Assembly (NCBI RefSeq): GCF_006345805.1
Contig: NC_042998.1
Coordinates: 51,956,001 to 52,020,000 of the forward strand
Reading direction: 5' to 3'
Length of the DNA: 64,000 nucleotides
Source of the DNA: Octopus sinensis
Taxonomy: Eukaryota
The notes below the pieces were generated by a model. That model searched no databases. It was not told where the DNA came from and saw only the letters and a list, made by a program, of their open reading frames with translations. Position 1 is the first letter of the stretch; every line of letters begins with the position of its first letter. A program made the translations under genes and the position numbers. Shown here in pieces: positions 1 through 12,180 of this stretch.

Positions 1-62
1 GTGTGTGTGTGCGCGGACCTTCTATTTGGTTGATGCATATACCACAGTTGGGTCTTCCATAG

Positions 63-1205
63 AAGAACTGGAAGAGATATCTTGATGACTGCTTCATCCT
101 TTGGCCCGAAACCGTCGAGAAGCTTAAAGAATTTCACACCCTTATAAATGGGCTCAACACAAACATTATTTTCACAATGGAATACAGCCCTCAACAAATT
201 CCCTTCCTCGACATCCTCATTAAAATTCACAACAAAAAAATAGAAACAGACATATACTACAAGCCCACAGACTCCAAGCAATACCTCCCTTTCAATTCAT
301 GCCACCCAAGACACGTTAAAATTAACATTCCCTACAACTTAGCCAAGAGAATTTGCACTATAGTCTCCGATAAAAACACCCGTCTCTTACGTCTACAAGA
401 ACTCAAGGACACATTAACAAGCAGGGATTACCCCACGTCACTAATTGACAATGGGATCCAACGCACCCTAAAACTCAGCACACAGAAACTTAGACGCCCT
501 AAACCTGTTACATCGAAACCCCATACTCTACCATACAGTTCTACACACAACCCCCTCAACAATGAAGCTTTTGACACCATCCTCCAGAACATTCCTGTAT
601 TAAAAAAGGACCATAGAATGAACCAAATCCTCCTAACACACGAAATCATAAAGAGCAAAAGGCAACCCAAATCATTGAAAACCATCCTAACAAATGCCAA
701 AGTACTGCCAACCACAACAACTAAACCCACAGTAAACAAATGCAATAGACCCAACTGTGGTATATGCATCAACCAAATAGAAGGTCCAGAATTCCTTTTT
801 AAACAAGGACAACGTTTCACAGTAAAACACAACTTCACATGCGCATCAGAAAACCTAGTATATGTCTTAACTTGCTCGGGCTGTAATGAACACTACATAG
901 GCCAAACTAAAAATAGCCTCCGCCAACGCATGACTGTCCACAGATCTCAAATAAAAATACAGGAATACAGAAAAATAGCACTTAGTGCACATATTGATAC
1001 CTGTGCCGCACAACTTCATCCCAATTTTAGAATCTTTCCCCTCTACAAATTTAAAGACAATGCCACTCATACCCAGCGAATAACCATGGAATCCCACCTT
1101 ATTAATAAATACAGACCACTTCTAAACACATCCCCCAAACACGAACCCACAACAAACACACTTACACCTGCACACACCCTACATACACTTTTACCCAGAT
1201 ATTAA
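63..1205 (+). CDS. Penelope-like element ORF, 5'-truncated: RT C-terminus plus GIY-YIG endonuclease (Neptune-like)
   Basis: In-frame upstream of the listed Met, 69-95 reads WKRYLDDCF (RT catalytic YxDD). It is followed by IPFLD, YYKPTD, a Cys linker (CNRPNCGIC, FTCASENLVY), VYVLTC..HYIGQT, LRQRMTVH and ESHLINKYRPLLN. There is an in-frame TAG at 60-62 and the element starts beside (GT)n. Confidence 0.92.
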   Translation, partial: KNWKRYLDDCFILWPETVEKLKEFHTLINGLNTNIIFTMEYSPQQIPFLDILIKIHNKKIETDIYYKPTDSKQYLPFNSCHPRHVKINIPYNLAKRICTIVSDKNTRLLRLQELKDTLTSRDYPTSLIDNGIQRTLKLSTQKLRRPKPVTSKPHTLPYSSTHNPLNNEAFDTILQNIPVLKKDHRMNQILLTHEIIKSKRQPKSLKTILTNAKVLPTTTTKPTVNKCNRPNCGICINQIEGPEFLFKQGQRFTVKHNFTCASENLVYVLTCSGCNEHYIGQTKNSLRQRMTVHRSQIKIQEYRKIALSAHIDTCAAQLHPNFRIFPLYKFKDNATHTQRITMESHLINKYRPLLNTSPKHEPTTNTLTPAHTLHTLLPRY

Positions 1206-2047
1206 CACCATGACACACGCAAATATATGGTTCCACACATACACATAATTGGATACGGGTGCAAAACATCCAACACTATTTTTTGGAAATGACTGTAAAT
1301 ATTGACTTCACACAAACACGTTGCTTCCCGATACAGGCACAAGGCCAGCAGAACTATAAATATTGAAAATTGTACCCACACACGCACACATATATACACG
1401 CGCGCGCGCCCCAACATACATATAAACACACATACATACAGCTCTTCCTGTCCTAAATGAACTTACTTATCCAGCTCAAATTCAGTCAAGCGGAAAATAC
1501 ACTCCCTAACTACGCGCTAAAAAGCTATTTAAAATATCCACATGACGTCTACTGACCAGCCTGAACAATAAAAATTTTCAACAACGCTATTTTCGAAAAT
1601 TCTAAACATTCACATGACCTCTCTATTATGACCACATCCACGTGACCTCTTTATTATGACCAATAAGAAATTTTAGGCGCAACACTAGCCAAATTTTAAC
1701 TTCTCTGGAGCCTTTTTTCTTACCCCAACACCAACTTCCATTCAGACATTCACGTGACCCCTTCATAATGACCAATCAAAATTGTATTGACCATTGTCCA
1801 CAAGAAATTTTAGGCGCGAAACCAAGCAAATCTTAAACAACTCTGGAGCCTCTTTTTTCACATATAAGAGACAGCAAACCCAACATAAAGTCAGATAAGA
1901 GAAAACAATCTATCAGAAAGTAACTCTATCTCTCTTAAAAAAACATCTTTTGATAAGCATAACAAATGCGCAACCGGTAAAAAGAACTTTCACCTAATTA
2001 AATTACTTAAATTACTTAAATTATTTTGTCAGCATTTTCTTTATTTC

Positions 2048-2050
<3 letters not shown>
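1206..2050 (+). mobile_element. 3' non-coding/pLTR region of PLE1 with internal direct repeats
   Basis: Directly follows the PLE ORF. Two ~100-bp diverged direct repeats (about 1638-1722 and 1750-1860: cacgtgacc...aagaaattttaggcgc...ctctggagcc). Ends in (TA)n. Confidence 0.6.
1945..1985 (+). ncRNA. Decayed minimal hammerhead ribozyme motif at PLE1 3' end
   Basis: TTGATAA (for CTGATGA), helix II GCAT-aacaa-ATGC, GCAA (for GAAA), palindromic helix III ACCGGT, then A. Three core substitutions. Confidence 0.45.
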
Positions 2051-2100
<50 letters not shown>

Positions 2101-2360
2101 CATCATCATTTAATGCCTGTTGTCCATGCTAGCATGGGTTGGACGGTTTGACCAGGACTGGTAAGCTGTAAGGCTGCACCAGACTCCAGTCTGATTTGGC
2201 ATGTTTTTCTACAGCTGGATGCCCTTCCTAACACCAACCACTCTGAGAGTATAATGAGTGCTTTTGCGTGTCACTGGTATGGGTGCTATTTGCATGACAC
2301 CAGCATTTGCCATGACTGTGATTTTACTCGGCTTGATGGGTCTTCTTTTCAAGCACGACA
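2101..2360 (-). mobile_element. RTE LINE 3' end (family A), (ATG)n tail
   Basis: Minus strand reads ORF end VVLEKKTHQAE*, then the 3' UTR with ggttggtgttaggaagggcatccagc and an atgatg tail. Confidence 0.7.
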
Positions 2361-3007
2361 TAATGACAAAAGTCTTGCTCATTCTTTCCGTGGGGCCCAA
2401 CTCGAAAGGAACTCGGCCACTTTGCCTATGTGAGACCCAATGCTTGAAAGGTGCTCTTTACATGCCACCAAGTGGGCATATCTTTATTATTAACTGACAT
2501 AAGTCAGTCAAACTGCATGTGTTGGTAGCATAACTCTTCTTCTTGCTCTCCACTGCAGCTAAATAATGGGTTTCAAGCAGAAGCAACATGCCATCATTGA
2601 GTCCTCAGCAAGGGAAGTACCCACTTCATATGCACTTTCTGATACCCAAAATCTTCTGCCTATTCTGTAATACATTGTGACCATAGTCCAGTTGTGCTAC
2701 AACTTCATGAATTGTGACTCTATCTCTCTTTCTCTCTCTCAGCGTTAAAAAATTTGTCAACTCACTGGTGATTTGTGGTCACAGTTGATGTTCTGCCACT
2801 GGGTGGTTTGTCATGGGTGCTCGTGTCCTCAAACTTCATGGATCTGTGCACATTGCTATTATCAATGGTGTCATCTCCATAAACAACCTGTTGCTTTCTG
2901 TGGGTGTCTGACTAAAGGGCATGCTCTTAAAAAGTACATTAGTTAAAATATTTTCTTGCTATATATATTAATATATATCCATCCATCCATCCATCCATCC
3001 GTATACA

Positions 3008-3046
<39 letters not shown>

Positions 3047-3269
3047 CACACAAGCACACACATTTATATATTTCCATTTGTAAACACATTCACCAATCTC
3101 TTACACACACAAACCATCACCATAATCATCTTCACAAGCTCATACACACACATACATATCCATTTATAGCATCACCTGTAACCATATGACTTATTTATAG
3201 TATATTACAAGCATCTGTTCAAGCAATAAATGGCATTTTAAAGCTGGCATTTTTTAAATTACTGACATG

Positions 3270-3292
3270 TTTCCTTCACACTTTCTTTCATG

Positions 3293-3344
<52 letters not shown>

Positions 3345-3720
3345 TTTCTTTCTTTCTTCTTTCTTCTTCTTCCTTCTTTCCTTCCTTCCTTCCTTTCTTT
3401 CTTTCTTTCTCTCTTTCACTCTGTCTCTCTTTTTTCTTTTCCCTTTCCATCTTTCTTTCTTTCTTCCTTCTTTCCTTCCTTCCTTCCTTTCTTTCTTTCT
3501 TCCTTCCTTTCTCTCTTTCTTTATCTTTCTTTTTAATCTTTCTCTCCCCCACTCACTCACTCAGTCACTCACTCCCTCCCTCAATCTCTTCCTTCGTTCC
3601 TTTCATTCTTTCTTTTGTTCTTTCTTTCTCTCTCTCTCTCACTCCTTCCCTCCCTCTCTCTCTTTCTCACCCCACTCTCTTCTCATCCAGTCTTTTAAAA
3701 TATTTTTTAATATCTGTTCT
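3270..3720. repeat. Polypyrimidine (CTTT/CCTT/CT)n tract
   Basis: Direct inspection; it generates several spurious low-complexity ORFs. Confidence 0.95.
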
Positions 3721-3983
3721 GTCTTAACTTTACATTGCCTTAATTGTAACTTTATTTCTTATGCTACATACATATTTTATTTTTCCTTCTTTACTTCGTC
3801 CTCTTTGCTGTTCTCCTTCATGTGATTTTTCAAAGTTTTTGCATTCCTTGTCCTCACTTCAGTTCAGGTATAAAGTACTTAATGCTCAATCTGCAAAAAT
3901 AGTACAAATACTAATTCTGATTTTATAAATACCGTTTTGGTGCCAACTTGCCTGATTACTTGGGATCAAAGACTGGTTCTAAT

Positions 3984-4160
3984 CATCATCATCATCATTT
4001 AATGTTCGTTTTCCATGCTGGCATGGTTTGACTGAAGTCTGGAAAGCCAGTGGCTGCACCAGGCTCCAGTCTGATTTGGCAATGTTTCTACAGATGGATG
4101 CCCTTCCTAACGCCAATCACTCCGAGAGTGTAGTGGGTGCTTTTTACGTGCGGACAGCAC
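3984..4160 (-). mobile_element. Family A RTE 3' UTR fragment
   Basis: (CAT)n followed by ...gatgcccttcctaacgccaatcactccgagagtgtagtgggtgc. Confidence 0.75.
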
Positions 4161-4693
4161 AGGAGTCAGTCAAGAGGCCAGCTGGCGGGGGTGATTGCCT
4201 CCCCTTTGCAAATATAAGGACACAGAAAATGTGTCAAAGCCGACAGGAAACGTCGATGTTTCCTAGGGCTAAATGGCAGTGATGTAATTCCCTTATGGGA
4301 CTGTCATGTTGAGTTGACAGTATACGACCACTATATCGCTCCACCACCGTTCATGTCTCTCTGAGACATTTAGAAATTCAATATTTCTAATTTATATATA
4401 TATATATATACATATATATACTTATATATATACATAAGGCAGTGAGCGTGCTGAAGCTTTAGCATGCCTCACAAATTGTTTAGTGGTATTTTGTCTGTTT
4501 TTAAGTTCTAAGCTCAAATTCAACTTGACCTTTCACCCTTTTGGAATCAATAATGTAAGTACCAGGGAAGTATAGGGTTCAATGTAATTGACATACCCTT
4601 CTTCCAGAAAAGTGCTAATCCTGTGCCAAAACGTGAAACCATTATCTTATATGTATACTTATGTATATATGCATATATCTATATATACATGTG

Positions 4694-4724
<31 letters not shown>

Positions 4725-4832
4725 ATATAAATACCGGAGTAAACACATAAATGTGAAACAAGGTGGAAAAAAGAGTACTCAAATACCAGTGGTAGAGTAA
4801 TATGCTTTATTTTAAGCAGCAGAAAATTCAAC

Positions 4833-4880
4833 AAAATCTGTTACTCTGAGTTTCTCGTTGCCGTTCATCAGACAGTTTTT
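4833..4880 (-). ncRNA. Minimal type-I hammerhead ribozyme (left arm of PLE2)
   Basis: AAAA-A-CTGT CTGATGA A-CG-GCAA-CG-A GAA A-CTC-A-GAG-T A ACAG-A-TTTT. Helix I closes, the core is intact, the predicted cleavage triplet is GUA and the cut is at 4842/4841. Confidence 0.78.
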
Positions 4881-5637
4881 GCTAGAATGGAACTGATATA
4901 TCAATTCAATCTATACTCTTACAAACGCTACACCTTTAAAAAGAAATGGACTTGTTTGATTGGCCCTTTAGAAAAAAACGGTCAATCTTCGAGCGATAAA
5001 CAAAAAGGTCAAAAATATATGTATATATATATAAAAAACTTATAAAAATTATAAAATCCGAGGAAAAAACCTATTGACGTTAATGAAGACAGTGCAAATT
5101 AATGCATAGAAATTAAACCTGTTATAAATACTGCAATACATATTTATATTAAAATCTACATATATATATCAACATACACAAAAGGATGCGCGTAAACGCC
5201 ATACATACATATACAGACGTATGAATATAAATCTAAATACACACATAAAAGCATGTGTACATATATTCACGCAAACCGTCTCGCACGCAAGCTAAAATTC
5301 ATCTATGTAGCAATTCTCATATACTGAGCAAGGAGGGGGAACGAAAGAAAGGGAGAGAGAGAAAAAGGAACGAAGGAGAGGTGGGGAAAAAACGAAATAA
5401 GAAAAAATTATGTATACAAGCAGTGTAACGGTGTTATTGGCATATATAGAGACCAGTATACATACACAAGTTTGAATAGATACATATACATACCGTCGTG
5501 TATATGTGTGCTTAAGCACAAACATACTTTCACTTACACATACACAGATACGCATGCTTACAAATACATATGCTTTGCTATACACATACTTATATAAACA
5601 TTCTAATTTTGACAACATTGCTTTTAAAAAATGGTGC

Positions 5638-6106
5638 CGAGCCCATTAAGAAATGTAATTTCAAAAACGAAAGCTCCTGTCCGTTAGAAGGGAAATGTCT
5701 AGTGAAAGGAGTAGTTTATAGAGCCAAGGTGCAAGTGGAAGGCTCATCGGAATACAAGACATACACAGGGGCTTCAGAAAATTAATTTAAAACAAGATTT
5801 TATTCTCTTAAGAATTCATTTAAATACCCAGAGAATAGGAAGAAAACCAGCCTAGCAAAATATGTCTGGGAACTAAAAGAAAAGGAAGCCCCATCTTTCA
5901 ACGTGACATGGAGCATTCTGGACAGGGCGGCACCATACAGGCATGGAGCTTACAAAAATAATTTCAAGTGCAGACTTTGTCTATTAGAAAAAATGTACAT
6001 CTTATTCAAAGACAATAATTCTTTGAATCAAAGAAGTGAGCTAATGAACTTATGTAGGCACGCGGCTAAATTTAAAATGTCGAATATAAATATACCATAT
6101 GGATAG
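5638..6106 (+). pseudogene. GIY-YIG endonuclease fragment of PLE2 (Naiad-like motif pattern)
   Basis: KKCNFKNESSCPLEGKCLVKGVVYRAKV..YTGASEN*FKTRF..TSLAKYVWELK..WSILD..CRLCLLEKMYI..LNQRSELMNLCRH, with one in-frame TAA at 5783-5785. The clade assignment is from recalled motif pattern only. Confidence 0.85.
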
Positions 6107-7182
6107 AGTATATATTTTGTATTTTTGATTTTTGATTTTGATTTTGACTCTTGAACGATGAGCGCTACGATGGATTTTGATTTTGTTTTTGTTTTTGTTT
6201 CCAAGCTATGCGGATCTTAATCCGTATAGCAAAGTCTTATGTTTCTACATATATATTAGGAAAAACCTACAAACTTTGTTTTCATGTTATTGTATTGCAT
6301 AGGATTACCTTGATTATTTATATTACCTTGATTATTTATAAATGACCCAAAATAGGATGTTATATTTTATTTTATATGTCTTTCGTATATATTTTTATTA
6401 ATGCACCCATTTTTTAAAAGCAATGTTTTTTTTTAAAAAAAGCAATGTTGTCAAAATTAGAATGTTTATATAAGTATGTGTATAGCAAAGCATATGTATT
6501 TGTAAGCATGCGTATCTGTGTATGTGTAAGTGAAAGTATGTTTGTGCTTAAGCACACATATACACGACGGTATGTATATGTATCTATTCAAACTTGTGTA
6601 TGTATACTGGTCTCTATATATGCCAATAACACCGTTACACTGCTTGTATACATAATTTTTTCTTATTTCGTTTTTTCCCCACCTCTCCTTCGTTCCTTTT
6701 TCTCTCTCTCCCTTTCTTTCGTTCCCCCTCCTTGCTCAGTATATGAGAATTGCTACATAGATGAATTTTAGCTTGCGTGCGAGACGGTTTGCGTGAATAT
6801 ATGTACACATGCTTTTATGTGTGTATTTAGATTTATATTCATACGTCTGTATATGTATGTATGGCGTTTACGCGCATCCTTTTGTGTATGTTGATATATA
6901 TATGTAGATTTTAATATAAATATGTATTGCAGTATTTATAACAGGTTTAATTTCTATGCATTAATTTGCACTGTCTTCATTAACGTCAATAGGTTTTTTC
7001 CTCGGATTTTATAATTTTTATAAGTTTTTTATATATATATACATATATTTTTGACCTTTTTGTTTATCGCTCGAAGATTGACCGTTTTTTTCTAAAGGGC
7101 CAATCAAACAAGTCCATTTCTTTTTAAAGGTGTAGCGTTTGTAAGAGTATAGATTGAATTGATATATCAGTTCCATTCTAGC

Positions 7183-7230
7183 AAAAACTGTCTGATGAAT
7201 GGCAACGAGAAACTCAGAGTAACAGATTTT
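7183..7230 (+). ncRNA. Minimal type-I hammerhead ribozyme (right arm of PLE2)
   Basis: Mirror of 4833-4880. One C>T at 7200 turns a helix II C-G into T-G. Predicted cut at 7221/7222. Confidence 0.75.
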
Positions 7231-7372
7231 GTTGAATTTTCTGCTGCTTAAAATAAAGTATATATATAAATATAAACATAATCAAATAGGGTAATAAGAT
7301 AAATTATTATTACCAGTGGCCTAGCACAAAAGACGAATTAGTCATTAGACTATATATTTTTCGTATAGAAAT

Positions 7373-7873
7373 ATAATAAAAGGCTTCCAAATAGGGAAGC
7401 GTTGTGCTAGAAACACAAAAAGGGATAAATTCATGAAAGGAATGAAAATTAAAAACATTTACCATCTCAGCTATATCCCAGACCGAACGGTTTCTACCTA
7501 TTTTTAGCAAACACACAGAATATATTTGCCAGGCAAGGTTCTTCAGTGGGAAGCCTTCGTAATCCTAGACGTGCAGACTGTTAGAAGCACATGTAGATCT
7601 AACGGTTAGATCTACATGTTAGAAGCACATGTAGATCTAACCGTTAGATCTACATGTGCTTCTAACAGCCTGTGCGTCTAGGATTACAAAGGCTTCCCAC
7701 TGAAGAACCTTGCCTGGCAAATATATTCTGTGTGTTTGCTAAAAATAGGTAGAAACCGTTCGGTCTGGGATATAGCTGAGATGGTAAATGTTTTTAATTT
7801 ACATTCCTTTCATGAATTTATCCCTTTTTGTGTTTCTAGCACTACGCTTCCTTATTTGGAAGCCTTTTATTAT
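7373..7873. repeat. 501-bp palindrome with T-shaped centre
   Basis: Arms 7373-7619 and 7627-7873 (sum 15246), about seven mismatches by eye. Inner hairpins are 7589-7619 (loop CGG) and 7627-7657 (loop CCG), with spacer TAGAAGC. Confidence 0.95.
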
Positions 7874-8339
7874 GTATATATATATATACATATAGGCAAA
7901 AATTTAGATTCAGATGAATATGGTACCAGAATTTATTATGGTATTATCCATACAATTTCAAAATAAGGTGATTAGAATGAAAATAAGCAACAAAGATATC
8001 CAGAGGTAATGTAGTATGATTGCTTCACGCAACTTCTAAGTGGAAGTGAAGGCAGCATGTTCTTTGTCTATCTCCTTAACTTATTGGAGATTTTAGGTAA
8101 AATTATAATAATGTGTCCATCTGTTTTAATTTAATTAAATTCTATGTCTTTGTGCAGCAGAGGATTGCTCTGCATTTAAATTGATGTAATGGTTGCATCC
8201 TTCAATTAAATGGAGTTGTGTGAAACGATCGTAGTGCATCACCTTTGGATATCCTTGTTGCTTATTTTGATTATATATATATATGTAGATATATGTGGGT
8301 GTATGTGTGTGCATATATATATATATAAAATGAAAAATG

Positions 8340-8560
8340 CACATTGTGTACAGGACATCACCAACAAATGAAAAATATGTAAACACATGTGAGAAAAGTA
8401 CAGGACAAAATACCAAAAGAAGATAACTCCTCATCAGTTGTCGGACTGTTTATTACTTCTATTTCATGCTTTTAACAACAATATAGGGAACTTCATAAGA
8501 CAGTAGCATCCAGAAATTTTTTAAATGTAAAATTCATGGAGAGTTAGAGCTTTGAACGAA
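8340..8560. repeat. Dispersed unclassified repeat (second copy about 37150-37380)
   Basis: Shared actcctcatcagttg...tttc...aatat...gacagt backbone in both copies. Confidence 0.55.
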
Positions 8561-10454
8561 CACACAATGACAGAGTGGATATATAAAGTAAACAATCAAG
8601 GAAGAGAAACATTAAGGGCCATCAGGCCAAGACGAATTGTAATGAGTAATGTCTGGGAGAAATTTTTCAATGAAGTAGAATAATTAAAAGAGAAGAAAAT
8701 AGAAGAAGCAAAATGTTGGGCGCCGAGAAAAATGACATCCAGCCCGGTGAACATCTTGTTACGTGTGAGTGATGGTGGCAGAGGGGAAGAGGGACAAGAG
8801 AGAGGATGCGGAAACTTCAAAGTCACAATCAGCAACATTCTTCTTTCAGAATAATAAATTAATACTCTACAAAAGTATTGAGGAGCCCATCTGATCAATG
8901 TAAAATTGTTTTTATTACAACAGAATATAAAAACAAACATTAATATATCAGCATATAAAAATACCATTATTATTATTTACAGGATTGTAAAAATGGAGCT
9001 GTATAAAAAAAACCATTTGCATCGAAAGCATATAGAAAGTTTATTTACATATAAAAAACAAACACAAACTATTATAGTTCTTAAATTTGACAGGTAAAGG
9101 GAGGCTGATTCGCTGGTGTAAAGGTAACACACTTAGCCATGTTAACAAAGGGATGTGGGTTCGACTACCATGCAAAAAGGAAAGCCTTATTTTTTCTGTT
9201 GAGGGCCGCTTTATCAGACTATTTTCCTTAGTCATTGCATGGTGATTGCCATAAGCACCGTTATTATTATTTACAGGATTGTAAAAACGGTGCCGTATAA
9301 AAAACCATTTGCACCGAATGTATGAGTGTGTGTATGTATGTTTTGAAATTGTCAGAATTATTAGAGTATTCGATATAATACTTACTTAAAAAACCCTGTA
9401 AATCTGCTGATTACAGTCTGTCAGTTACATACTACTTTCACTTTTTACAGTTCCATTTTAGGCTACATCCAGCACTCTTCTTTTTTAAATAATCTTCCCA
9501 AGTACTTTCAGGAATTTTCCATTTGCAGTGTTGTCTCTTGAAACAATCTCATATTTTAGTGATTTTCGAAAGTTTGGAATTTTGGATAAAGTATTCTTTT
9601 ATCTTTATTCTTTTACTTGTTTTGGTTATTGGACTGTGCCAATGCTGGAGTATTACATTGAAGAGTTTAATTGAACAAATCAACCCTTGTACTTTTGGTT
9701 TTTGAAATGTGGTACTAATTCTATCAGTTTCTTTTGTTGAAGTGCTAAGTTACAGGCTTGTAAACAAACCAACAACAGTTGTCAAGTAATGGGAGGTAGA
9801 CAAACACAGCCACTCACACATATATATCTATATATATATTCGTTTCATCATTTGTTCCTTCTCGAGCACATCAAAGTGGTGCTCCAACATGACCACAGTC
9901 AAATGACTGAAACAAGTAAAAGAATAAAAGATAATTCATGAAGTGCATATGGAACACCGAGAAGCCAAAGAATTAAGTATCTATTCATCCTTAATAGATT
10001 CTTAATACATAATAATATGTGGATATCTGACTGCTGTTGTTATTACTCTTAATGGAGAACAACCACTCCCATAAAGCAATGTGTGTTTATGATGCATGTG
10101 ATTCACTGGTGTTAGGGGACTTTGAGACATAATGGTGTATCAACCTTGTTGTGTGTATCTTCAGTTTAAGGTCCCCAAACCAATGTTTCTCACAGGAACA
10201 AGAGCACTTGTTTATAGGAATCTGCAAACAAACCTATTTGTTGATGCTTGCAGATGTTTGCCAAACAGATAATAAAACATAGGGGGCAAGCAGAACGGTG
10301 AGAATCCAATCAATAACATATCTATTCATTCTTAATATGCTCCGGCATACTTGAATATATTATGAATGAATACCGTGTTTTCAGGCACATGAGTCAGATT
10401 TTTCAAACCAAAATTTACAGCTAAAAAATGCCAGCTGACTTACACATCAAGATG

Positions 10455-10860
10455 ATTTTCTTCTTCCTGCCTTTAACCCTCCAACGCGGGGTATAGGCCA
10501 CTTATAGTTAAATTCCATGTCGCATAATTTTTCGCTTCTGTACTTATACTCTGCCATGGATGTCCCCCTTTCTCTAGTTCCTTTTGTGTTGATCTATGCC
10601 ATGAGTTCTTAGGCCTACCTCTCTTTCTAAATCCATCCGGTTTCCACTGTAAAGCACTTTTCACTACATTTTGTGCGTCTTTTCTAAGTGTGCTACTAAT
10701 CCACTTCCACGTTTTCTTAAACATTTGCTCCCTAATCAAAACTTGATTTGTTCTTTGCCATAGCTCCATATTGCTTATGTGTTCGGGCCATCTAATTTTA
10801 AGATGATTTTGGAGGACCAAAATTTCCATCTAAAATGTAGCAGTATTTGAAAAGATACTG
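10455..10860 (-). mobile_element. RTE-clade LINE 3' ORF fragment
   Basis: ORF 10473-10829: KIRWPEHISNMELWQRT..ALQWKPDGFRKRGRPKNSW.., a typical RTE C-terminus, with a gaagaag tail. Confidence 0.8.
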
Positions 10861-11572
10861 ATGGTGTTTAGATGTTTACATTACATACTACATCACCTCG
10901 TATACAGGAAAACAGTATCTTAAAAAATGTAAGCTCATATTAGACAATGTATACTAGGATATGTAAAAAGATGGAATGGTCATCGTTAAAATGTTGGATC
11001 AGAAATTTGCTCTGAATACTTGTAAAAGAGATGAGCCAAAAAAGGTGTTTTTAAACAGTCATTTCACCTGCCAAAATTTCTAAAATCATGCCACATTCAG
11101 CTTGCTTAAATGGTAGAGCTTCAGACTCTTACTCTTGAGCATGTGGGTTTAAGCTACATGTTGGGTATAGTACTTTTTTTTATAGGTGCAGGTATACTGT
11201 GTGGTAAGAAGCTTGCTTCCAGACTATGGGGTCTTGGGTTCAGTCTCGCTGTGTGGTACTTTGGGCAAGTGTCTTCTACAATAGCTTTGGTTGGCCAAAG
11301 CCTTGTGAGTAGATTTCATAGATGGAAACTGAAAGAAGCCGATCGTAGATATATTTTACACACACATGCACACAAACCCTGAAGTGGCTCTCTCTCCTTA
11401 AGAAGAACATTCACTCTCTCTTATCTCATAGTAATCACTCTCTTTCCTTTACTCCATATGGAACTATAAGCAGCAGCAGTAGTTTCCAGTGTGTATATAT
11501 ATGTGTGTGTGTGTGTGTTTTATATATATATATATATGTGAGTATATATATATATATATATATATGTGTGTA

Positions 11573-11617
<45 letters not shown>

Positions 11618-11852
11618 GTATTAACACACAACACACACATACACATGTGTATATATGCATGTGTGCTTGTGTTTGTCTCCCACCATTGCAAGGCAATTGG
11701 TGTTGGCTTTATTTTAAGTTCCCACAACTTAGCAGTTCAACAAAAGTGATCAACAGAATAAGTACCAGACTTTAAAAAACAAAAAAAAATTAACACTGGG
11801 ATTGATTTGTTTGACTAAAACCCTTCAATCTGACTCATTTCAATCTGACATT

Positions 11853-12170
11853 CATCTTCATCATCATCCTTTAACATCTGTTTTCCATGCTGGCATGTGT
11901 TGGATGGTTTGACCAGAGCTGGCAAGCAGGAGAGCTGCCCCAGTATGATTTGGCTTGGTTTTTACAGCTGGATGCCTTTCTTAATGCCATCCAGTTTACA
12001 GTGTGTGCTGGGTGCTTTTAACATGGCACCAGCATGAGCGATTTTACATGGCGCCAACATGTGTGATTTTTACATGGCACCAGCACAAGACTATTGCAGG
12101 CCAATCCTCTTCATCAAGAGGAGCAGCATTAATAATTCTGCCTTGGAGGACAGGTCTTCTTGAGTGCAGC
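11853..12170 (-). mobile_element. Family A RTE 3' UTR
   Basis: (CAT)n followed by ttccatgctggcatgtgttggatggtttg...gctggatgcctttcttaatgcc. Confidence 0.7.
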
Positions 12171-12180
12171 ATAGTCCAGG

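Larger units (their letters stand above)
4735..7258 (+). mobile_element. Penelope-like element 2, 5'-truncated, with inverted pLTR
   Basis: GIY-YIG fragment at 5638-6106 lies between inverted arms 4805-5625 and 6438-7258 (x pairs with 12063-x). The left arm has a ~70-nt extension (4735-4804). Both ends abut (TA)n. Confidence 0.88.

Noticed and set aside
5638-6410. Selenocysteine/SECIS in the Naiad-like PLE (some Naiads are reported to encode selenoproteins)
   Set aside because: The only in-frame stop is TAA, not TGA. The 11-bp hairpin at 6205-6230 and the ATGA near 6158 do not give the AUGA/AA/GA geometry.
5292-7966. Duplicated ORF pairs 5292-5618/6445-6771 and 7310-7516/7730-7966
   Set aside because: By-products of the inverted repeats with no protein-like features.
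8400-8520. CTGATGA plus upstream GAAA on minus strand (also about 37225-37320) as a hammerhead
   Set aside because: I could not close helices I and III in type I or type II topology in either copy.
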